A stretch of DNA of 64,000 bases, from the NCBI GenBank assembly GCA_008632985.1, contig QPGO01000009.1:186001-250000 (forward strand), given 5' to 3'. The position numbers and the translations under genes were made by a program. This DNA comes from Psammoneis japonica (taxonomy: Eukaryota). Under the pieces are notes generated by a model. The model saw nothing but the letters and a program-made list of their open reading frames with translations. It was not told where the DNA came from and did no database searches. This document shows, piece by piece, positions 11,679-22,530 of this stretch (position 1 is its first letter; each line of letters begins with the position of its first letter).

Positions 11679-12045
11679 TGCAGCATGCGACTGTTATATA
11701 CATATCTATGATTATATATTATTTATATGTCAATCGTACCACAGTCGTGGATGCGTACAAAGGACAGAACGATCACACAGAGTTGATCGGATGTCGAGAA
11801 TTGCAAATACGATCGATTGACGATGTTGACATCTTACGTGTCAATAGCAATCGTATCCGGACAATCTGTTGTCACGAATATATTCTCCGAAAGGCCTTTT
11901 GTCTGTAGAAGCAGTACAGAAGCTTTAGGCCATTGAGAACTCGTTCGGAGAAACCAAAAATCACAGAGCAAAATTCAATCTTATAATTTCCACTTTTCGT
12001 ACACTATTCTACTTTCGTTTACACTCGTTCTTCGAGCATAGTGCA
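11679..12045 (+). repeat. 5' LTR of the gypsy element
   Basis: 364/367 identical to 16052-16418 by manual alignment; imperfect terminal inverted repeats TGCAG(C/T)ATGC...GCATAGTGCA. Confidence 0.93.
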
Positions 12046-15000
12046 TTGTGTATACACACCACAGAAGGTAAAAAGCACGGAAAATGAAAATTTTAACTAA
12101 TGTGCCTTTGTAAATTCTTCTACAAACAGGAACGAATCGCACCAGTTCTGCTGGAATCGATTTCCGAGCGGAAGAAGCTCAAGCCGAGCAGTGCCTCAAG
12201 ATGGAACGCTGTTTTTCGTCTACCAGACAAGAGGATTCGCTTTAATACGGTCTATTCCAAGCACCCAAGGATCAAGGGCTCTCAAGCACACCGCATTGTC
12301 AAAAAATCTACACCAAGTCATGGTTGCAGAGAATGCAAGTTCCGAGTCGATCAGGTCCGAGAAATACGTCTACCATGCAAGGAGAGACTATTGGAGAGTT
12401 TTTTGAGACCGAATCGATGATCCTCGAGTCCAAGGAGCAAGAGGGAATCGTTGGAAAGTACCTCAAGCGTCTCATAACTCATGTCCTCCGAGGAAATGCA
12501 CTTCAGAATCAGGGAAATTATTTTCGAGACGACCTGAAGAAACCAGAGCCGCTCAACAGCAAGAAAGCCTCTGACAGACCCAAGAGGTCAACGATGAGAG
12601 TCTATACAACCCTCAGATGGATTCTAAGTCGAATCTAGCGGGAAACCGAGCGCTGATTTATCAGCTATCACTCGCACCGCAAGGATGGCAGCATCAGTCT
12701 ACTGTCCAAAACAATCAACTGTTGCAACTCATCCTTGATGAGCTGATTAAGTTTTGAGTCATCTAAAGGTCGTTCATGACGTCCGTGACGAAAAAACATA
12801 TCAACTCAGGCTCTGACAGCGCAGTTGGTTCCAAAATAAAAAAGGTTCCAAATTTGGTTCCAAAAATGGTCTCCCACATGGTGCCAGAACAATCCAAAGT
12901 GAATGCAAGGTCTTATCTTTGAAAAAAGAATGCCCACATCACGGATTGAAGCTGTTCTAAAAATGAACTAGCAAAAGAGTGCAAGGGTGACTCTGAAAGA
13001 GACCCAAAAATGCGCCGTTCAAATGGCAATCGCACGCGGTCGCGTCGCGATAACGAAAATGCCGCTCGCAAAAAAAGAGATGAACGTCATGATTGATCAG
13101 GCGGTTCAAAAAATGCTCAAAGCGAGTTCCTTGAACAAAGAAAAAGAGCACAAGGGCAAAGAATCAGATTCTGATGCCCTCAGTGAAGAAAAACACCAAT
13201 TTGATCGGATGATCCAGACTGAATCCGAAGAACAATTTTGGTCCATTCACGAATTATGTGCTTTGCTGGACATTAGGAAGCCCCAGAAAAAAGGCAGAAA
13301 TAATTCATGCTAGTCCAGGAGTCATCATTTATATGAGTGCTTCCTTGGGAAAGGAGAGAAAAAAAAAAAGCATCTACGTGTTCCCATCGATGACGGAACA
13401 TCGTCAACCATGATTTTGCGCAAATTCGTGCGAAAGTTGAGAACACAAGAATCCGCCACCAAAAACTTGGGAAACCGAGGGTGAGCTCTTTACGACTGAC
13501 AGCAAACACCGAATTCAGTTCTCACCATGCGAAATTTAAGGCACACTGACATGCAAACAGTGTGTGTTGAAAACACCAAATTTTCTTCAGGTTCAAATGA
13601 TGTGATCATGGGACGCGACTTAATGTCCAGTCCTGCAAGTCACATTGGACTACGCAAATGAAGAAATCTAATGGGAAGAAGCAATTGCCTTATGAAGAAT
13701 GTTCGTGCACTCTTCGATGTCGATGTTTTCAAGCTGAAAACCGATCACATTGAAAAACATGACGCCGTGAATGGAGTCAACAACGGAACCAATGGTCCTC
13801 GACTCACATCATCACGCCATCGATCTTAATCAAGTGACAACTGCGGCGATGCATCCAACCCAAATGAACACAACCAACTCAATCTTCTTCTTAAGAGGTT
13901 GAAATTGTTTTGAAAAGTTCCTCAGACGAATGCATGGGAAGCATCAGTGGATCTCATCGTGGAAAATCTGACGCGATTCCACGACGCGTGAGAACCTTCT
14001 CCTGTCACAGTCTTTGGAGGCGTCCAATCAAAAGGAGTTTGACCTGTCATGAAAGATTGAAGTCTTGAGAATGAAATTGCTCTGAACAAGTCGCTCTGAG
14101 ACTCATTGTCTAAAGAAAACAGGTCGAGTTTGACCGCATCCGACACTCAGAAGCTTGGTGTGAGGTTCACACAGGTGGTGTGTCCTTTGCCCAACATTCA
14201 GGAAATGCCATTGAAGCAAGAACGTTTCATGTGTGTGATCCATTTGATTCAAACATGGAATGCCGCCATGTCAAATAAAAAAAGCACACGTCGTGCTCAC
14301 ACGAAAATCATGCCGTGGGGAGAAAATGAGTGCTGTGGACTTCCAATGAGAATCCACAGAGCCCCAGACATTTTTGTGCAACACTTGAGTGAACTCATGA
14401 CAGGTTTGAAGTTGTCAGAACGACCACATGTGATCGTTTGTGCCTGACAAAAGCAACTTCAAAATGTCACCTGTGCAAGCAACAGCTTAACACGGCATTC
14501 AAACAGTCGCTTAGAAGGTTAACAACAAAAGTCCTTCACTGTTTGACTTGAAAAAAAACTGTCAAGACTTCCATGCGCAATGACATGCAATCGATTGCAA
14601 AGAAAATGGAGGCGATTCAAGCAATCGCAACACGAGAAAAATGCAAAGAACACTGCGACATCTCGTTGCCATGCGTTGCTGTTGTCGAGACATGCAGTCT
14701 CAACGATCTCCTGTGCAATGCTGGCCAAATTCACCTCAACAAAGGTCAAACGGCAAAAGCACAAGTACGGAACGAAAAGTCTCTGAAAATGTGGAGCGTG
14801 TCAAATCAAAAACTGCGTTGTTGTCATGCACGGATTTCAATGTTGTGCGTTGCGACGGAAAAAAGAACTTCTGTCCACAGTGAAAACACTTGTAAAATTC
14901 CGAAATGTGCTGTTTGGCCAACATGTTTGTGTGTGTGCGGATCACAAGACACAATGGACAAAGTCATGCGTTGACGACTTACAATGGAAAAACTTCAGTC

Positions 15001-16051
15001 CCGAATTAAAATGCAGCGAGAGCAAGGCGAACATCGTCGCGATAGACGCGATCAGCCGACTCACTGCAGAAAATTGAATCCTACGACAATGTCCTGCCGT
15101 TAAAACGGGACACAGACATTCCCTCCAAATTGTTGGACGCGACACATCATACGAACACTTTTCGTGGAGGCGAGCGAGATCGAAAAATGCTCATGTCACA
15201 AGGACAAAATCGCCTTTTTAAAGGACGATTTAGGAAAAAACAGCGACAGATTGGTGCACATTATGCGCGTCCACTTCACACTGGCAAAAGACAATCTCAC
15301 AACACCCGCGCGGTTGCATTGCACAATGTGCGAGGCAAGACATTAAAATGGACATCATGTCGACACACGAGATGTGCCAAAGATCTAGACAAAGAAAAGA
15401 AAAATGGACATTCACCCCACTCAGTGCACGAAAGCAGTGCCTTCGGAATGACAAAACAACACCGGCATGTCAGAAAGAAACGTCCAAATGACGATTAAAA
15501 TCCAACTGATGGATGGTTGAAGCACAAAAAAAAAAAAATCCACAATGGAATTCACAACCATCACAGGATTGATTGTCAAGACGAAATGGTCACAATGTCT
15601 TTGACCATCGTTTATTATTACTTATGAAACGTGGTGGTGCAGCAGAGCAACATGGCACATAAAGTAAGCCCGCCAAACTACATGAAATCCACAAGTAAGT
15701 AAGTGAACGCCACGATTAAGAGCGTACATTAAGTACTGGGCACGATGCTATGTACAATCGACATCAGGAGAAATACTTGCTCCAGGACAATTAGTCCTTG
15801 TGTTCATATCAACAAGAACGTCAATGAGAATACTCGACGTAATACCACATATATACATGTTAAGTGAGAAACAAACAATGTCACTCTCAAAAGACATTCG
15901 GAAATTGGAACGGCCCTATATTGCCTATACAAAACAACAACAGTCATTGCTAATGGCACAATACAGTGAAAGTGGAGACATTATTGACACTGTCGATGTC
16001 CGTCGAATAATCCACTTACAAATGACTCTAATGTGCAATTAGGGAGGCGAA

Positions 16052-16418
16052 TGCAGTATGCGACTGTTATATACATATCTATGATTATATATTATTTATA
16101 TGTCAATCGTACCACAGTCGTGGATGCGTACAAAGGACAGAACGATCACACAGAGTTGATCGGATGTCGAGAATTGCAAATACGATCGATTGACGATGTT
16201 GACATCTTACGTGTCAATAGCAATCGTATCCGGACAATCTGTTGTCACGAATATATTCTCCGAAAGGCCTTTTGTCTGTAGAAGCAGTGCAGAAGCTTTA
16301 GGCCATTGAGAACTCGTTCGGAGAAACCAAAAATCACAGAGCAAAATTCAATCTTATAATTTCCACTTTTCGTACACTGTTCTACTTTCGTTTACACTCG
16401 TTCTTCGAGCATAGTGCA
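16052..16418 (+). repeat. 3' LTR of the gypsy element
   Basis: Direct repeat of 11679-12045 at a constant offset of 4373; preceded by the polypurine tract. Confidence 0.93.
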
Positions 16419-16880
16419 GCCCGGTGCTCCCCAAGCACGCCACTTGGAATCTGCTCCGCCTGAGCATGCGCTCTCTCAACTGCCATTTTGTGATCCCCAG
16501 AGAGACCCCTGCTGGAGTGTGGTGGCCAGCAGGAGGATCCCTTCATTTTGTGCTTGGCCACCACACTGCACGTGACCGTGCTTTTCCCTTTTGGCAAGGT
16601 CAAACCTGCGCTCGTTGCTGTTGTTGAGCCCTGGGTGTGCAGCGCCAGCTGCCCAAACCTTGTTTTGCACTGGAAGCGAGGGACCCCCCCCCCCCCCCCC
16701 TTGTTTTTGCAAAGGCAGCAGAGACCTTGTGGCAAGTGAAGAGGAGTCACTGCTTGTGACCTGCGCAATGTGCGGCGCAATGGGTGTGGGTGGAGGTCTT
16801 TCGTCATGATTTCCCAAAGCGCGGCTGCTTCACGCACGCTGGCCAAGGATCGCTCGCGACGCTCGACGCACCGGGATGCA
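16419..16880. mobile_element. TpA-depleted degenerate repeat remnant (continuation of the sequence interrupted by the gypsy), with a poly-C tract
   Basis: No TpA between about 16420 and 16880; C-run at about 16684-16700; joined to about 11100-11678 through the TSD. Confidence 0.55.
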
Positions 16881-17285
16881 CTACGTTGTCGTCCACCAGC
16901 ACCGGCACCGGTACGATCAGGCACGTGCTGTAGGGTCCGTAGGGTCTTACACAAAAGACCCCATGCATGTAGTGTTATCCATGTACGTAGGTTTTGAATT
17001 TATTTCTAACGCAGGATATTGCGCCGCCGCTCAACGGTCGATCGAGTCAGTCATAACGTCGCCGCCTACAGTACAGTGTACCGGTACCGGCAGGTACAAT
17101 GCCCGCCCTACGTACAGTACGCCTGTGGATACAGTACCTACCCTCACGCACACACTCTTGCGATTGCAGGTTCAACAACACGAGTCAGATCTATCTCTGC
17201 GGTACATAGACCAGCTGTCAGTCTTATGTATTGCTCTTTTTTGTTGCATCTTTGATCTTTAGCGCTCAAGTAGCGTCCTTTGACA

Positions 17286-19580
17286 ATGGAGAATGAGAAT
17301 AGCCCCAAAACGTCGTCTCTTTTAGCGAGTCTAACAGGAGAAGCGGACGGATTTCCTCTCGCCGTAGATGACAGTACTCCCGCTACGGACGAACCGGAGG
17401 AAGATCTCTTTGGAGAAGTGCCGATTGATTCTCCCCCCGCAACTCGTAAGCCAGCAACTTCTTCAAGTTTGTTGGAATCCAGTGGACTGTTAAATGATGG
17501 AGGGTCTTCTGGAGCAGCCAACGGTGGCGGCGGTGGCTTGTTTGATGATGTCGACGCTCTGCAAAAGCGGCAGGAAGAAGAGCAAGAGCGACGGCGGCAG
17601 GAAGAACTTCAGCGCAAGCAGCTAGAAGAGCGGGAGAGGCAGCATCTTCAGTTACAGAAGCAGCAAGAAGAACAGCAGCGTCTTCAGCTACAGCAGCAAC
17701 AGGAGCAGGCAGCATACGCTCAGCAGCAGCAGCAGGTACAGCAACCGACGTACCCCCAGCAACAGCAGGACGCTTATGCAGTACAGCAAATGCAGCAGCA
17801 ATCCATTTACGGTCAGGGGCAACAGCAGGGGGGTGTAGTGTATCAGCAGCAACCGCTGCAACAGGGCCATCAGATTCCACCTCAGGTTCAACAGCAGCAT
17901 GCTCCAAACAACATTTCGAATCCTCTGGTATCTCCGACTCAAGGCGGGTTTTACAGGAATCACCAGGAAGTTCCTTTACAGCAACCACTGTCTTCTTCTG
18001 GCATGTATACGAATGGCGGGATGCTCAGCTCCACCACGATGGCACCAACCGCTGAAGGTCGCTACCACCATACAACCGCCATGCCACAGCAAAAGCCTAG
18101 CATTATGGCTGGATTGCATAACACGACAGGTGGTACTGGTTTGGGCCTGCAATCTCCGATTATTACTGCGCCTCCAACCCACGAACCAATGTTTGGTCGT
18201 ATCAAGGTCAGCGATCCTATGCTGCAGAACTCCGAGGGTGGTGGACTCATGTCCATGATGGTTCCTTCGGCGCCTCATTGGACATATCAAGTACAGACGG
18301 AGTTGAAGCAAGATTTGGGCGGACTGTGGATTGTCAGAAGGCGGTTTCGTCACGTCGTGGCTTTGGAAGAGCGATTGAGGCAAGATGTACCTGGAGCTAT
18401 TTTACCACCACGGTGAGTAAGAACCTTCTCTCAGAGGTACGATTCAATTCGAAGTGTTTCTGACTGTATACTCTCTTTCTTTGGCAGACCTGACAAGCAC
18501 GCAACACGTGCTTTGGAAGAAGCCTCCTCGAAACAGTCAGCGGAATTTGCTACTCAACGTGCAGCCGAACTGGAAGTCTACCTTAATGCTTTGGCTCAGC
18601 ACCCCATCGCTGGTAACTCTCCCGTGCTGAGATTGTTCTTGGCGTTGCAGGATGATGTAGGTACAGCATGGCCAGAAGTTTCGTCGAATGCCATTACGAG
18701 ACTTACCAATGTCACAGCGGGGGCGGCTATGAAAATCACTGACGCCACGGCGGACGCTGCTACTCATCTTCCGTGGGCATCATCTTCGAGTGGTGTCATG
18801 GCTGGAGTAGGAGATGTATCGGAAGATTCTGCGGAACTCTTGGCTCTGGCATCCAGCGAGCATGTCCGTATGGGCGCAGTCACGCAGGCCGTTCCCAAAC
18901 TTGAAGGAGCTGTGACGCTAATTCGAGAAGAAGGAGAACGCGCGGGAGGTGTTGGGGTTGAATTGAATAAGCTTTCCAAGGATGTGGAAGGCTTCGATCG
19001 CGACTTGAGTGTGCCACTGGAAATCCTTGGCAATGGAGCTTTGCGCCATGGTCGCCGTACCAAACGATTAGGCCTTGAGTTGAGCGCTGCACTCGACCCT
19101 TTTGTGATGCAATTCAAGCTCTGCAAATATGAAAAGCTGGCCTTTTCCGATCGCCGCAATGCGTTGGCCAGGAAGCAGAAGGAACGTTCGAAGGCGGATG
19201 CTACAGCCCAGCGTCTTGTCGTCGTTCAGCGTGGAGGTGGCGGCCTTGGATCGGATGGAACTGGTGTAGGCAACTTAGAGCGAATGGAAGCCGAGGCGTC
19301 GATCATGGATAAGGTAGCCGTTGATGCGATACAAGAATGCGATGAGATCGGGCAACGTTTGAAGAGCGAAGTAAATCGCGTGTCGTATGAACGCAGGCTG
19401 GCTTTCAAGAAATCGATCAAAATAATTGCAAGCTCTTTTAAGGAGGCTTCGTCCGAACGGAAGGCAGTATGGGAATCTGCCAGGGATGCTTTCTACCAGG
19501 CGTACCCAGATGACTTTCCAGCACAGCAACAGAACGAAGGTAACACCGTAGGTGGCGGCGTTGCTGCCGGAGGCGGATAG
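17286..19580 (+). CDS. Sorting nexin, PX domain plus BAR/Vps5-like C-terminus, Gln-rich N-terminus; intron 18413-18487
   Basis: PX motif VRRRFRHVVALEERL...ILPPRPDK across a GTGAGT..CAG intron; RAAELEVYLNALAQHP; coiled-coil C-terminus. Confidence 0.85.
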
Positions 19581-19604
19581 ATGGTAGCCAGCATGGCATT
19601 CAAT

Positions 19605-20377
19605 AGAAACCTTTTCTTCCAGCTTTCTGATGTCGCAGTTACTAGAGTCGTCTTTCAAAGCACGGCGAAAACGAGACTAGAGCAGGACTGGACTGCATGC
19701 TACCGGCACCGTGCAGTAGAGGCAGTGCCGGACAACAGTTTCCAACCGCACTCCACTCTCCGTCGCGGGCTGTGCAACGGTTCATCACGCGCCAATGTTG
19801 TCACCACGACAACTGGCATTGCACCCCGCAGCCTCACTGTTGCTGCTGTGAGTGCCCCAAAGCAGAATATGGCAGGACAACTTGAAGGAGAGATGGACAC
19901 AAAATTGGACAATCAGAAATGCCAATTCAAGGTGCAGAATTGGAATTCATGCGGTTCTCAGTGCCTCACCACATTTTTTAGAAAAGAGTGAACAATCAGA
20001 AACCTTTTCTTCCAGCTTTCTGATGTCGCAGTTACTAGAGTCGTCTTTCAAAGCACGACGAAAACGAGACTGGAGCAAGACTGGACTGCATGCTGCCGGC
20101 ACCGTGCAGCAGAGGCGGTGCCGGACAACAGTTTCCAACTGCACTCCACTCTCCATTGCGGGCTGTGCAATGGTTCATCATGTGCCACAACTGGCATTGC
20201 ACCCCGCAGCCTCGCTGTTGCTGCTGTGAGTGCCCCAAAGCAGACTGTGGCAGGACAACTTGAGGGAGAGATGGACACAAAATTGGACAATCAGGAGTGC
20301 CAATGCACGGTGCAGAATTGGAGTTCATGTGGTTCTCAGTGCCTTGCCACATTTTTTAGAAAAGAGTGAACAATCAG
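19605..20377 (+). repeat. Tandem duplication of about 393 bp (19605-19997 and 19998-20377)
   Basis: Both copies run AGAAACCTTTTCTTCCAGC...GAAAAGAGTGAACAATC; copy 2 has a short deletion and more TA/CG transitions. Confidence 0.9.
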
Positions 20378-22280
20378 TTCATCATTGGCTCATCATGAGT
20401 TTGTCCTGTGCCTTTCTACTTGGAGCCATCCACTCGCACACAACAAAGAAAACCCACTTTGGCAAGCGGCTTGCCTGGTTCCACGCGCTTGCCCAACAAC
20501 ACGCTCCGACGTGTGTCCTTGGTCCTTTGCCCTTGTTCTTTTGAAATGCAAGCCTGAATCTGCGAAAAGTGACTCAACATGTTTTGGATGCTCTTTCACC
20601 AATGCTTGATGGCAGACTTGAAATCAAAGCAAGATTCAAACAGTGCTGGGTTTGGAAGTGGCATCGTCTCAATTTTTTCAAAGTGTGAGCCTGGGCCCTT
20701 GATCCTGCAATCAACAAGAAGCAACTTGATGAGTCTTGGACACTGGCTTGCCATTGTTGCAGCTTGTTTGTGGAGCTCACTTTTGACAACAAAAGTTTTT
20801 GTAAGATGTTGACTTTTTGACCAGGAAGGTCAAAGAGTCCATGGAAGCATTGCTCACATCACAATGACTTTGTTGTCTCACCCCACCTCAATTGAACATG
20901 GCAACCCATGTGTGCAGAGCATTTGAATTTGAGCTGCATGTTGGAAGATCAGGAGAATCCTCAAAGAGACTGCTGAAAACTCAGCGCTGTTGTCAATTTT
21001 GACAAAGCACCCATCAAAGTCATTTTTTGACAAATCTTGGGCTCCAGAAATGAGGGTGGAAGGATCAGGGAAGGACTCTGGGCATGGATTCAGGGGTGGT
21101 GTTTGCAGCGGCACAGGAGCTCCTGCTGGACAAGCAATGCCAGCAGGAGTGCTGGGGTCAGAGCTGGCTGGAGGTCAAGAGTCAGATTCTGAGTCAGAGG
21201 TCCAGACGGTTGTGCTGCTGGCAGTCCAGCCAGCTTCTAATTGGCAGGAGGTGCTGTCGGGATTGACGACAAAGTCAGAAATGGGGGTGGTGATGGCAGA
21301 GACACAGGCCATAGAATGGGGCTGGGAGCCAGTGGCAACACACTTGGCAACATGAGCAATGCTGGAGAAAGAGCAGGATCTGATGTTCGAGGTGGAGATG
21401 GGGAAGGATTTGGTGCAGGAGGAGGCGGCATTGGGAGGGTGGGAATTTGTGCTGGAGATGATGCTGGAGGAAAAGCGGGGCTTGAAGATGGAGCAGAGAC
21501 AGAAGCGCAGAACAGGCCTGATGGCAGAGTTGATGTGTGATTTGTCAGCTGCAGCTCCGCCATCATTGGCGAGTTGCTGACAGCAGGGGGGGAGGTTGTT
21601 GGGGGATCTGATGCCAGCAGGCCAGCTCTTGAGGGCTTTTCAACACTTCCCAGCCCAGGAGAAGCTCTCTCTTTTGACACCAGCCAGTGCCTCAGCCACG
21701 ACACCTGGTGCCACAACAACAAATGTCACAATGCTGAGAAGGAGCAGCAGTGCACCTCACTTCTTGGCTGAGGAACAGGCTTTTTTTTTTTTTTGCCAGC
21801 AGCTGCCTTGCACTCAGGATTTTTGAGCTTGGCTGTTGGAGCAAGATGTGTTGGTGTGACTGCAACCTCTCCTGCTGTGCTTCTTTTTCCCTGGTGGCTG
21901 TCCTTGCAACAACTGGTTTCTCTTCAGAGCCCAGATGATGTGCTGCTGCCTTCTTCACAAGCACCAGGAAGTGCAGCTGGCCGCACCGCCACTGGGTTGA
22001 TTTCTCCCCTCCTCTCACCTTGCCAAAAATTGCTTGCAGACTGTTCACCCAAATTGTGACAGTTGCCTTTTGCGACTTCTGCTTGACCTGTGCATCATGA
22101 TTCTGGTCACTCATGGGAACTTCCAGAAATGGCTTCAAACCAGGCTTTGTCATGTCGTCTCCGCTGTCATCATCAGCATTCTCCACGTTTCGCCAACTTG
22201 TTGCTTGAAAATGACACACAATTCTATCACTGAGACCTGTTCCCCAATGTAAGGTCCTTTGCTGCTTTGTGTCCAAGTTG
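20378..22280. mobile_element. TpA/CpG-depleted degenerate repeat or gene relic of unknown family (Pro-rich ORF remnants on the minus strand)
   Basis: Near absence of TpA, Tyr-free broken ORFs, no recognisable domain. Confidence 0.45.
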
Positions 22281-22530
22281 TGTCTGGCATTTTCCCCGCG
22301 CTTTGTTAACCGTTAAAGGCGAGGCGGGACTAACCAAGTGGCGGATACAACGTGTCGGCCGAAGGGCTCATCGCTTACTCTACTAGATTATTCAATCCCA
22401 TTCAAAGTACGATTGGGCTTCGCTCTTTCTTCAATAGCAGAGTGTGGTAAGCCAAGTGAAAGAAAATGCTAAGCATGAGCCTATGTACCTATGTTACATA
22501 AACGAGGAGTTAACTCAACACTACTCCCCA

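Larger units (their letters stand above)
11679..16418 (+). mobile_element. Ty3/gypsy LTR retrotransposon with decayed (non-autonomous) interior, intact LTRs and 4-bp TSD GCCC
   Basis: 367-bp LTRs TG...CA at 11679-12045 and 16052-16418; GCCC at 11675-11678 and 16419-16422; purine tract AGGGAGGCGAA before the 3' LTR; protease DVIMGRDLM, RT CPLPNIQEM and PWG..ECCGLPM..APDIF, RNase H KELLSTVKTL...VCADHK and NIVAIDAISRL. Confidence 0.92.

Noticed and set aside
2345..11690. Classical RIP or CpG deamination alone as the cause of the skew
   Set aside because: RIP creates TpA and CpG deamination leaves TpA untouched; here TpA is the dinucleotide removed.
2295..11711. Numerous long overlapping Cys/His/Gln/Leu-rich ORFs on both strands (also at 20-22, 24.7-27.4, 37-39 and 51.6-53 kb)
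   Set aside because: They are a by-product of TpA loss, which removes TAA/TAG stops and Tyr codons; they overlap broken TE motifs and are not credible genes.
5725..15080. Alternative genetic code or RNA editing as the explanation for Tyr->His/Cys
   Set aside because: Host genes in the same window use TAY for conserved Tyr normally, and TpA loss also affects non-coding DNA and all frames.
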